A DNA stretch of 64,000 nt from a virus: positions 1-64,000 of the IMG/VR virus record IMGVR_UViG_3300046169_000120; one strand, given 5' to 3'. The translations under genes were made by a program, and so were the position numbers. Every line of letters starts with the position of its first letter. The stretch's first letter is position 1. Of the stretch, positions 1 to 8,211 are shown one piece after another. The notes below the pieces were generated by a model. It was not told the origin of the DNA. It made no database searches and worked only from the letters and a program-made list of their open reading frames with translations.

Positions 1-2046
1 CTTTAAAGCCACGCGGAGGCCGTGCCAATACTGCCCGTAGTTATGAGTAGCATTGTCACGAATTGCTGAAGCTGCGTAGTAAGACTCATGAGCATAGGAC
101 CCGCCTCGACATACCCTTCTTGATGTCGACCCTCCGTCATAAAAGGGATCGACCCGTGGGCTCGAAGGATAACTATTTTGTGAATCCGCCACCCATTCAT
201 ACACATTGCCATGCATATCAAAAAAGCCCCAAGGATTAGCGGCGTAGCTTCCCACATCTGTTGTGCTTCCAATATTGTTATTGACACTGTAATTAGCTAG
301 GGTGGAGTCTATGTTATTCCCCCAGGAATATACACTTGTTGTGCCAGCTCGACAGGCATACTCCCACTCTGCTTCTGTTGGCAAGGCAAATTCCCAACCC
401 GAAGGAATACTGCTTGCTAGCTGTGCATTCAAGCGTTGTAAAAACACCTGGACCGCATCCCATGACACACCTTCCACTGGGCGATCCGGGTTACCGCCAT
501 ATTGACTCGGAGTAGCACTTAAACCATCAGTATTCCCTGTCATTACCTCCTGGTATTGCGCCTGCGTGATTTCATATTTGCTTAACTGAAAACCTTTAGT
601 CAGGGTGACCTCGTGAACAGGTGTAGCCACGCGATTCTGCCCCATTGTAAAGGTTCCTCGTTCTACCGTGATCATTTCTAGGTTTTTAGTCCCCCCGTAA
701 TTTGAGCCTAAGTCATTAGTAAATGGAGCGATAACTTCTGCATAATTCGCAGTGATCGATACATTATTATCAGGCATCGTGAACGAATTGTTAGAAATCG
801 TTACACCTCCGCTATTTATCGTCCAGCCGTCAAAAATATATCCACTATCTGGTGCGGCAGAAAGCGTTACTGTAGATCCAACTGTTTTTTGCCCGCCTCC
901 AGAAACAGAACCATTTAAACTTGTAATTAAAACAGCGTAACTTGTATCAAACTCATCATCTACTCCATCGCCATCTGTATCATTTCCACTTGCACGGTCT
1001 GAATCGCTTGGAAAGTTATCGCTCTCATTCGCCACTCCATCGCCATCTATATCGTCATCAAACTCATCATCTACTCCATCGCCATCTGTATCATTTCCAC
1101 TTGCACGGTCTGAATCGCTTGGAAAGTTATCGCTCTCATTCGCCACTCCATCGCCATCTATATCGTCATCAAACTCATCATCTACTCCATCGCCATCTGT
1201 ATCATTTCCACTTGCACGGTCTGAATCGCTTGGAAAGTTATCGCTCTCATTCGCCACTCCATCGCCATCTATATCGTCATCAAACTCATCATCTACTCCA
1301 TCGCCATCTGTATCGGTTCCACTTGCACGATTTTCATTGTTTGGAAAGTTGTCGTTCTGATTGGTCACACCATCACCATCACTATCTCCAAGCGGCCCAT
1401 CTGTGTTGTCGGTATCAAACTCATCATCTACTCCATCGCCATCTGTATCGGTTCCACTTGCGCGGTTCTCATTGTCTGGAAAGTTGTCGTCCTGATTTGC
1501 GACTCCATCACCATCACTGTCTGCAAGCGGCCCGTCTGTGTTGTCGGTATCAAACTCATCATCTACTCCATCGCCATCTGTATCGGTTCCACTTGCGCGG
1601 TTCTCATTGTCTGGAAAGTTGTCGTCCTGATTTGCGACTCCATCACCATCACTGTCTGCAAGCGGCCCGTCTGTGTTGTCGGTATCAAACTCATCATCTA
1701 CTCCATCGCCATCTGTATCGGTTCCACTTGCGCGGTTCTCATTGTCTGGAAAGTTGTCGTCCTGATTTGCGACTCCATCACCATCACTGTCTGCAAGCGG
1801 CCCGTCTGTGTTGTCGGTATCAAACTCATCATCTACTCCATCGCCATCTGTATCGATCCCACTTGATTCAACATAAGAAGACCTAATTCTTACATTAAGA
1901 GAGGGCATTAAAAAAATACCATCTTCATCTACAGAGACATCCCCATACTCCACCACCCAAGAATTAAAGACGTGCCCCTCTGGAGCTTCATCAGCTATAA
2001 GGGATATAGATTTACCTACATTAAAAACCCCAGTAAAATTAGACAT
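1..2046 (-). CDS. Adhesin/fibre-like protein (runs off window start): InlB-B-like repeat, Ca-binding thrombospondin type 3-like DxDGDG repeats, second InlB-B-like repeat, C-terminal FGE-sulfatase (SUMF1, C-lectin fold) domain
   Basis: Absent from the ORF track (no stop in window). Partial manual translation from ATG 2046: MSNFTGVFNVGKSISLIADEAPEGHVFNSW..., DTDGDGVDDEFD repeats, LPTEAEWEYACRAGTT, ANPWGFFDMHGNVYEW, RVCRGGSY...GLRVALK at base 1. Start and end are in the same frame. Confidence 0.85.
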   Translation of the reverse strand, partial: MSNFTGVFNVGKSISLIADEAPEGHVFNSWVVEYGDVSVDEDGIFLMPSLNVRIRSSYVESSGIDTDGDGVDDEFDTDNTDGPLADSDGDGVANQDDNFPDNENRASGTDTDGDGVDDEFDTDNTDGPLADSDGDGVANQDDNFPDNENRASGTDTDGDGVDDEFDTDNTDGPLADSDGDGVANQDDNFPDNENRASGTDTDGDGVDDEFDTDNTDGPLGDSDGDGVTNQNDNFPNNENRASGTDTDGDGVDDEFDDDIDGDGVANESDNFPSDSDRASGNDTDGDGVDDEFDDDIDGDGVANESDNFPSDSDRASGNDTDGDGVDDEFDDDIDGDGVANESDNFPSDSDRASGNDTDGDGVDDEFDTSYAVLITSLNGSVSGGGQKTVGSTVTLSAAPDSGYIFDGWTINSGGVTISNNSFTMPDNNVSITANYAEVIAPFTNDLGSNYGGTKNLEMITVERGTFTMGQNRVATPVHEVTLTKGFQLSKYEITQAQYQEVMTGNTDGLSATPSQYGGNPDRPVEGVSWDAVQVFLQRLNAQLASSIPSGWEFALPTEAEWEYACRAGTTSVYSWGNNIDSTLANYSVNNNIGSTTDVGSYAANPWGFFDMHGNVYEWVADSQNSYPSSPRVDPFYDGGSTSRRVCRGGSYAHESYYAASAIRDNATHNYGQYWHGLRVALK
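945..1860. repeat. Intragenic tandem repeats: 3 x 111 bp (37 aa) then 4 x 135 bp (45 aa), TSP3-like units
   Basis: Anchor TCAAACTCATCATCTACTCCATCGCCATCTGTATC recurs at about 947, 1058, 1169, 1280, 1415, 1550, 1685, 1820. Confidence 0.95.
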
Positions 2047-2062
2047 ATAAATTTAGGTCAAC

Positions 2063-2380
2063 TCAATTGCTCGAAGCTGAACCTCCCTCAACCTCAACCC
2101 TGTAAAAGTCACTGAGCGCAACCCTCCTCCATGTATCTTGATCAACACAAATATAAAAATGTCCAGTATCGTATGCAGTTTGACCCTCCAACCCCAAGCT
2201 TAATCCGCTCTCCGGCAAGTCTGAGTTACCAAAAGTCGAACCTTCTAAGCTTCCTGATATTTGATAAATATCACCACTCATATTATCAATCCTACCCGAC
2301 AACACATTAAAATCCTGAACAACATTATCGGCCTGTACATGATCAAAAACTCCACTATCTGATTTAAAAACTATTGACAT
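2063..2380 (-). CDS. Small fibre-associated virion protein
   Basis: GQTAYDTGHFYICVDQDTWRRVAL resembles the G-x-x-A-x-D...YIC...W-x-R motif of phage fibre proteins; GTGTA motif 9 nt upstream. Confidence 0.6.
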   Translation of the reverse strand: MSIVFKSDSGVFDHVQADNVVQDFNVLSGRIDNMSGDIYQISGSLEGSTFGNSDLPESGLSLGLEGQTAYDTGHFYICVDQDTWRRVALSDFYRVEVEGGSASSN

Positions 2381-2389
2381 ATAAAAATA

Positions 2390-2394
2390 TACAC
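2390..2394 (-). promoter_or_regulatory. GTGTA motif (putative phage late promoter); first of about 17 copies
   Basis: GTGTA-N9-ATG; all copies are listed in findings. Confidence 0.7.
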
Positions 2395-2511
2395 ATTTTT
2401 CAATTACTAGTGCAATATTATAATTAAAGAATTCTCCGGAACGCCAGTAAGTAAGCGGGTTCTAGCAAAAAATAAAGTTCCCAAAAATAATAATTACATG
2501 TAATTTCAAGT

Positions 2512-4320
2512 ATGGCGAAAATATTCCGCACACAAGAGTTAAGCGTAAATGGGGACAATATCCGCATTTCCGCAGATCAAAATGGAAATATCGTATTCAA
2601 AGACAAAGATGAAAATGTTGTAACAAGTTCAAATCAAATTACAACTGAAGTCTCCAGTCTTCATGCTCAACGCGATGGCGACTTGAACACAAAGAATACT
2701 GAAGTTTCCAGTCTTGCTGCTCAACGCGACAGCGACCTGAACACAAAGAATACTGAAGTTTCCAGTCTTCATGCTCAACGCGTAAGTGATGAGTCAGTAA
2801 AAACAGGTGAAATGTCCAGTCTCTCCGCTAAAGATCTTGATCTTGACGGTGATGTTTCAAGTTTAAAAGTTGAAATCAACAGTGCGTTGACAGCTTCAAC
2901 AGGAGATCTTGATGATGACATTTCCAGTCTTCAAGCTCAACGCGAAAGTGACGAGAACACAAAGAATACTGAAGTTTCCAGTCTTCAAGCTCAACGCGAA
3001 AGCGACTTGAACACAAAGAATACTGAAGTTTCCAGTCTTCAAGCTCAACGCGTAAGTGATGAGAACACAAAGAATACTGAAGTTTCCAGTCTTCAAGCTC
3101 AACGCGAAAGCGACTTGGGTACAAAGAATACTGAAGTTTCCAGTCTTCATGCTCAACGCGTAAGTGATGAGTCAGTAAAAACAGGTGAAATGTCCAGCCT
3201 CTCCGCTAAAGATCTTGATCTTGACGGTGATGTTTCAAGTTTGAAAGTTGAAATCAACAGTGCGTTGACAGCTTCAACAGGAGATCTTGATGATGACATT
3301 TCCAGTCTTCAAGCTCAACGCGAAAGTGACGAGAACACAAAGAATACTGAAGTTTCCAGTCTTCAAGCTCAACGCGAAAGCGACTTGAACACAAAGAATA
3401 CTGAAGTTTCCAGTCTTCAAGCTCAACGCGTAAGTGATGAGAACACAAAGAATACTGAAGTTTCCAGTCTTCAAGCTCAACGCGAAAGCGACTTGGGTAC
3501 AAAGAATACTGAAGTTTCCAGTCTTCATGCTCAACGCGTAAGTGATGAGTCAGTAAAAACAGGTGAAATGTCCAGCCTCTCCGCTAAAGATCTTGATCTT
3601 GACGGTGATGTTTCAAGTTTGAAAGTTGAAATCAACAGTGCGTTGACAGCTTCAACAGGAGATCTTGATGATGACATTTCCAGTCTTCAAGCTCAACGCG
3701 AAAGTGACGAGAACACAAAGAATACTGAAGTTTCCAGTCTTGCTGCTCAACGCGAAAGCGACTTGAACACAAAGAATACTGAAGTTTCCAGTCTTCAAGC
3801 TCAACGCGAAAGTGACGAGAACACAAAGAATACTGAAGTTTCCAGTCTTCATACTCAACGCGTAAGTGATGAGAACACAAAGAATACTGAAGTTTCCAGT
3901 CTTCATGCTCAACGCGTAAGTGATGAGTCAGTAAAAACAGGTGAAATGTCCAGCCTCTCCGCTAAAGATCTTGATCTTGACGGTGATGTTTCAAGTTTGA
4001 AAGTTGAAATCAACAGTGCGTTGACAGCTTCAACAGGAGATCTTGATAATGACATTTCTAGCTTGAACGCTAAGATTGAATTGGAAGACGTTAGAGTTAT
4101 GAGTGAAAGCTTGAGTGTTAATGATGAGTCCATCACTGTAACATTCCCAACTGCTTTCTCGGGTACTCCATCAGTAATAGGAATCATCCAAGGCGACGAC
4201 GCAGATTCCCCAATTATTGCATGTCAGTTAGTGTCAAAAAGTACAACCGGAGCAACATTCCAATTCTCAGATGGAATTCCTACAACAGGATATACCATCG
4301 AGATTATGGCTTCTGTATAA
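2512..4320 (+). CDS. Long coiled-coil fibre protein with 18-aa repeats and a C-terminal H-type-lectin/gp53-like beta domain
   Basis: SSLxAQRxSDxNTKNTEV repeats; C-terminal ITVTFPTAFSGTPSV...TGATFQFSD; N- and C-termini paralogous to 36168..36722. Confidence 0.75.
   Translation: MAKIFRTQELSVNGDNIRISADQNGNIVFKDKDENVVTSSNQITTEVSSLHAQRDGDLNTKNTEVSSLAAQRDSDLNTKNTEVSSLHAQRVSDESVKTGEMSSLSAKDLDLDGDVSSLKVEINSALTASTGDLDDDISSLQAQRESDENTKNTEVSSLQAQRESDLNTKNTEVSSLQAQRVSDENTKNTEVSSLQAQRESDLGTKNTEVSSLHAQRVSDESVKTGEMSSLSAKDLDLDGDVSSLKVEINSALTASTGDLDDDISSLQAQRESDENTKNTEVSSLQAQRESDLNTKNTEVSSLQAQRVSDENTKNTEVSSLQAQRESDLGTKNTEVSSLHAQRVSDESVKTGEMSSLSAKDLDLDGDVSSLKVEINSALTASTGDLDDDISSLQAQRESDENTKNTEVSSLAAQRESDLNTKNTEVSSLQAQRESDENTKNTEVSSLHTQRVSDENTKNTEVSSLHAQRVSDESVKTGEMSSLSAKDLDLDGDVSSLKVEINSALTASTGDLDNDISSLNAKIELEDVRVMSESLSVNDESITVTFPTAFSGTPSVIGIIQGDDADSPIIACQLVSKSTTGATFQFSDGIPTTGYTIEIMASV
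2644..4065. repeat. Nested intragenic repeats: 54-bp units inside a 378-bp (126 aa) super-repeat
   Basis: Shadow ORFs recur at 2876, 3254, 3632 (period 378); super-unit is 5x18 + 14 + 22 aa. Confidence 0.95.
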
Positions 4321-4344
4321 TACGAGCAAGATTATCTTATCTTG

Positions 4345-4372
4345 GGCGACCCCGTTTGGGGTCGCCTTTTTT
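4345..4372 (+). terminator. Rho-independent terminator
   Basis: GGCGACCCC-GTTT-GGGGTCGCC followed by T6. Confidence 0.9.
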
Positions 4373-4387
4373 GTGTAAACATATAAA

Positions 4388-5035
4388 ATGAAAAATTGGA
4401 AAAATATATTCTTTAAAAAGAGAAACGATCAAATAGATAAATTTCAAGAAACAAAGTCAACTAGAAGTCAAAATCAAAAAATATTAAAAAAGAAATTTAA
4501 TAAACTCAAACATAAAGCATTGTACCTTGATGCTGAATACGAAGAAGTAAGTGATATATTCGCTCACGCAAAAAGTGAATTTATTAGCTCTATCTTCAAT
4601 TACTGCTCTAACAGAAAAATACGCCCACCATTGAGCGATGGTAAGAAGTCAGACGATACAACAAATAATAAACTAGAAACAAGTCAAGAGATGAAAGATC
4701 TCTACAGAGAAATTGTAAAGGTTACACATCCAGATAAAACAAAGTCTCTTGAAGAGGATGAAATAGAAGAAAGGACGGAGCTCTACCAAGAAGCAGTTCT
4801 AGGTAAGCAAAAAGGTGATTATTGGGGTATTTTTAAAGCTGCATTAGAACTCGGAGTTCCTATAAAAAACTTATCTTTTGAATATTTGGAAGAATTAGAG
4901 CAAACAATATTAAAAATAGAGGAAAAGTCTAACATTATGAAAAACGACTTGATGTATAAATGGTTCCATTGCGATAAAGAAGCAAGGGAGAATATTTTTG
5001 AACAACTTACAAAAAATCAAGAAAAGTACGAATAA
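4388..5035 (+). CDS. J-domain-like (DnaJ family) protein
   Basis: MKDLYREIVKVTHPDK, i.e. helix II plus the HPD motif. Confidence 0.7.
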   Translation: MKNWKNIFFKKRNDQIDKFQETKSTRSQNQKILKKKFNKLKHKALYLDAEYEEVSDIFAHAKSEFISSIFNYCSNRKIRPPLSDGKKSDDTTNNKLETSQEMKDLYREIVKVTHPDKTKSLEEDEIEERTELYQEAVLGKQKGDYWGIFKAALELGVPIKNLSFEYLEELEQTILKIEEKSNIMKNDLMYKWFHCDKEARENIFEQLTKNQEKYE

Positions 5036-5054
5036 TTTGTTAATATATAAGACT

Positions 5055-5246
5055 ATGATACAATTTTACAATGTAAAGAAAAAACAAAAAGTTAAAGTTG
5101 ACCCAACTAAAATAACAAAGCATGCATATGAAAAAACCGCTAAAAGTGGCAAGCTTACGATTCGATATGCGTTAAAAGCTGTGGACGAAGATGGCACAAA
5201 GCTCACCAAGTTCTGCAGTAAAGCAGATTATGACTCAATAAAATAG
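5055..5246 (+). CDS. Small basic protein, possibly a CC1/DUF5679-like nucleic-acid-binding protein
   Basis: 63 aa, Lys-rich, FYNVKKKQKV...RYALKAVDEDGTKLTKF; start moved to ATG 5055. Confidence 0.55.
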   Translation: MIQFYNVKKKQKVKVDPTKITKHAYEKTAKSGKLTIRYALKAVDEDGTKLTKFCSKADYDSIK

Positions 5247-7384
5247 CGCATAAATATTTTTTTCAACTCGAATGGATAAGCCATAAAATGTAATATAAAA
5301 GTGTGCTCGTCGACGAAACGTGGCTCAGTATTAAATTCATTCATAGGAAAGATCTTTCGGTTAAAACCAAAACCGTCACTTTCCTTCAATACATCACACA
5401 ATATTCCTTGATCGCCGCCACTTGCATATAAACTACTTTTATCGCAATCTGCGTTCATCCATTTTCTTATTATGTTTTTTGTATAAGAATGATTTCTAAA
5501 AACAACAACTCCACTATTAAGCATCATACCTTTGGTAATTTTTTTGTTATTCGCGCCAATATCTTCACATGCAATAATCTTTTTTGTACCAGTGCATCTA
5601 GAAAGTATATCTTCGAAACGTTTTTGTGGATTGTATATGATTGTATCTGAATCCATCCATACAATGTCTTCGTGATCATCAAAGTGATTGAGAATCGCGC
5701 GCGCTTTCGACCAATTTGCACTAGCATCAGCTTGTAGTTTTTCGCGATAAACATAAAATGTATATCCATTTGCCAAACAATAATCTCGCACACTCATCTC
5801 AGAACATATCGCATAATCTGCAATTTCAGGAGTATACAAACTAACAATCGCAATCTTCTTTCCGGGATTATAAACTGTAAATTTTTCTTTTGGTATATGT
5901 ATTTGGTTTAAATATTTACTTATGTATTCAAGGTAATCGCGCCCAACAAGATTAGACCATTCATCTCTCAATCTTAAAAATTCTTTGTGTTTTTGCGGAT
6001 CAATTTGGGAACTATTTTGTTTCTTTTTATTATCAATTGAAAATTTTTGCCAGAAATTCGCGCCAGAACAATCACTATTCCAGGGCTTATCTTTACCTAT
6101 AAAATGCAAGACAAAAGATTTGTAACTTGATAAACTTGATTTCTTTAAAGAGTGCCTTCCAAGCTTGCAAAAAGTTTCGTAATTTTGAGATACCAAAATA
6201 TCCCCCTCAACCGAAACGAACTGTTCGGAGCTTAAACAATTTAAATTATCACTCAATATGGTATAATCACAACGGCAATATATATTAATTATATCTTGAT
6301 CCCCCCCGGTTAATGGAATTTTTTGATGGTTTGTTTTTTTTATTTCAAAACATTTTTCCGTGAATTTATTTTGTCTTAATAAATCAAGGTTCAATAACAT
6401 AACTCCAGTATTACCTATGATTTTATCGCCAAACTCAACGGGATTTTTATTTTCTGTTGTAGTGCCTTTTGAGCCATTAAATGTTCTCCATCCATTTTTT
6501 ATTTCAGGTTTTAATGCTACCCCCGACTTGTTTAATTTAATATCATCAAACAAACTTAAATCAACAAAAGGAATAGTATCTATATCAAAATACAATACCC
6601 GACTTACCCCTAAAAGTATCTCAGGTATTTTTAGTTTAAGGTTTGTGGCGCTTGATAAATGATCAATAGATCTCCAACTTTTTTGGGTTTTTACAGCAAT
6701 CTCTGAATGCAAATATACCTTAAGATTTAAATTGTTTTTATTTTCAATAAATTGTTTTAATGGAATCAATTCGCTTTCTTTACCTGAATAAATTAAATGT
6801 ATATTTATACTTTTGTCTTTATTTTTTTGACTCAAAGCATTAACTGGATTAACAATGTAATTTATTAAATTTTCATCGCAACAAAAGCATACATCATAAA
6901 CTTTATCTTGAGCAGGCTTACCTTTATCGGCAATTACTTTTGCAATGTTTTGTTTCAATTGTTTTTTATATTCGTTCCACCAAGATTGTACTCGCTTAGA
7001 ATGTTCGATTACCCACTCTGAATTTTCAAGAAGTATGTTGATATCATTTGATACGTTGTCCCAAGATGCAGTTTCAATGAGCGGATGCTCGCCAAGTAGA
7101 TTGCGCCAATAATCATCTTTTTCAATAATTGGAATTGCACCAACCTCAAGCGATTCATACAATCTAAAAGTGTCAACACTCGTATTACCGCGAGGACATG
7201 GTACGAAAATTGATTGCTCTAATATTTTTTTATATTCTTGAGTACTCAAAGAATCGCCCGATTGCCAACCCTCGGCTACATGAATATGATATTCGCCATT
7301 GCATTTTTTCAACGAATCAATCATTTTTGCGCGATCACCCTGGCTGTGAATCTGGCCCGCGAAACACCAGGTGTACTTTTTCAC
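5228..7384 (-). CDS. Multi-domain glycosyltransferase: exostosin/GT47-like C-terminal half + GT8 + GT34-like
   Basis: PCPRGNTSVDTFRLYESLEVGAIPI; RVLYFDID, NTGVMLLNL, GDQDIIN, LHFIGKDKPW; WSK...WMDSD, LNSGV, DQG, FILHF. Confidence 0.85.
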   Translation of the reverse strand: MKKYTWCFAGQIHSQGDRAKMIDSLKKCNGEYHIHVAEGWQSGDSLSTQEYKKILEQSIFVPCPRGNTSVDTFRLYESLEVGAIPIIEKDDYWRNLLGEHPLIETASWDNVSNDINILLENSEWVIEHSKRVQSWWNEYKKQLKQNIAKVIADKGKPAQDKVYDVCFCCDENLINYIVNPVNALSQKNKDKSINIHLIYSGKESELIPLKQFIENKNNLNLKVYLHSEIAVKTQKSWRSIDHLSSATNLKLKIPEILLGVSRVLYFDIDTIPFVDLSLFDDIKLNKSGVALKPEIKNGWRTFNGSKGTTTENKNPVEFGDKIIGNTGVMLLNLDLLRQNKFTEKCFEIKKTNHQKIPLTGGDQDIINIYCRCDYTILSDNLNCLSSEQFVSVEGDILVSQNYETFCKLGRHSLKKSSLSSYKSFVLHFIGKDKPWNSDCSGANFWQKFSIDNKKKQNSSQIDPQKHKEFLRLRDEWSNLVGRDYLEYISKYLNQIHIPKEKFTVYNPGKKIAIVSLYTPEIADYAICSEMSVRDYCLANGYTFYVYREKLQADASANWSKARAILNHFDDHEDIVWMDSDTIIYNPQKRFEDILSRCTGTKKIIACEDIGANNKKITKGMMLNSGVVVFRNHSYTKNIIRKWMNADCDKSSLYASGGDQGILCDVLKESDGFGFNRKIFPMNEFNTEPRFVDEHTFILHFMAYPFELKKIFMRYFIES

Positions 7385-8211
7385 AATTTAAATCCTTTCA
7401 TCGGTTAATGAGGTATATTAATATGTTTAATTTTCTCTGCACAATATAATATATCTTTAGGAGAAAACCTTATTTCTGAATTATCACTCAAAGTATATTC
7501 ATATATTCTATCAATTCTATTAAAACTTTGAAAACTATATACCATCCAAAAAGCTTCGAGAGTACTTTGATCTTTAATATTTAAATCAGCAAAAGAAACA
7601 AATTTCTCAAAATCAATAGGATGATGACCCATGAAATGTATCGCAAAATCACCCTTTTTATAATTTTTTGGATATATATTTAAATCATGAGGATTTTGTA
7701 TTGGAATACTATATTTTTTTAAAACTTCATTAAGATATTGTTGGTCAGCATCTCCGTTTCCAGCTTGCTGTCTCCATGGCTTATCAGTCCCAATAACTCT
7801 TCTCTCCCACCACTCCTTAAGTATTTGCCTAGATAAATCAGAATTTTTAAAAAACACAACTCCACTATTCGCTGTTTGATTTGAAAAATAAGCTGGGTCT
7901 TTACATATCAGCACGTCCTGATTTTTATCGGTCAAGTAGCCCTGCAAATCAAAAGTTCTATTTGTTATAGCTATATCCATATCCATCCAACCAACATATT
8001 CAAAAGAATCAATTTCTCTCAAAATAGACAAAGGCTTCTGAAAAGCTACATGAGTAGACTTATCTAATGTTCCCACCAACCCCCTCCACTCATAATCCAT
8101 TTTATTGCAGTAGTTAGAGACAGACCGAACACAGCCCTTTCTGTCTTCATAATATTTTTTATCAGCTAATTGTATAATACATATTTTATTTTTCATGATT
8201 TAAATCCTTTC
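7377..8211. repeat. 23-bp imperfect direct repeat (7377..7399 and 8189..8211) flanking one glycosyltransferase gene
   Basis: TTTTTCAcaATTTAAATCCTTTC vs TTTTTCAtgATTTAAATCCTTTC, 21 of 23 identical. Confidence 0.8.
7405..8196 (-). CDS. GT34-like glycosyltransferase
   Basis: WMDMD, ANSGVVFFKNS, DQQYLN, FAIHF; paralogous to the C-terminal domain of 5228..7384. Confidence 0.75.
   Translation of the reverse strand: MKNKICIIQLADKKYYEDRKGCVRSVSNYCNKMDYEWRGLVGTLDKSTHVAFQKPLSILREIDSFEYVGWMDMDIAITNRTFDLQGYLTDKNQDVLICKDPAYFSNQTANSGVVFFKNSDLSRQILKEWWERRVIGTDKPWRQQAGNGDADQQYLNEVLKKYSIPIQNPHDLNIYPKNYKKGDFAIHFMGHHPIDFEKFVSFADLNIKDQSTLEAFWMVYSFQSFNRIDRIYEYTLSDNSEIRFSPKDILYCAEKIKHINIPH

Noticed and set aside
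942-1886. 314-aa His-rich plus-strand ORF
   Set aside because: Antisense shadow of the Asp/Gly-rich repeats of the real minus-strand gene 1..2046
2439-2463. Imperfect palindrome GAACGCC...GCGGGTTC as a recombination or operator site
   Set aside because: Weak symmetry and only a loose echo near 36091; not distinguishable from chance
945-4065. Tandem repeats as a CRISPR array
   Set aside because: Unit lengths are multiples of 3, lie inside ORFs, and have no unique spacers
2876-4187. Repeated minus-strand ORFs of 82-92 aa
   Set aside because: Shadows of the 378-bp super-repeat in the plus-strand fibre gene
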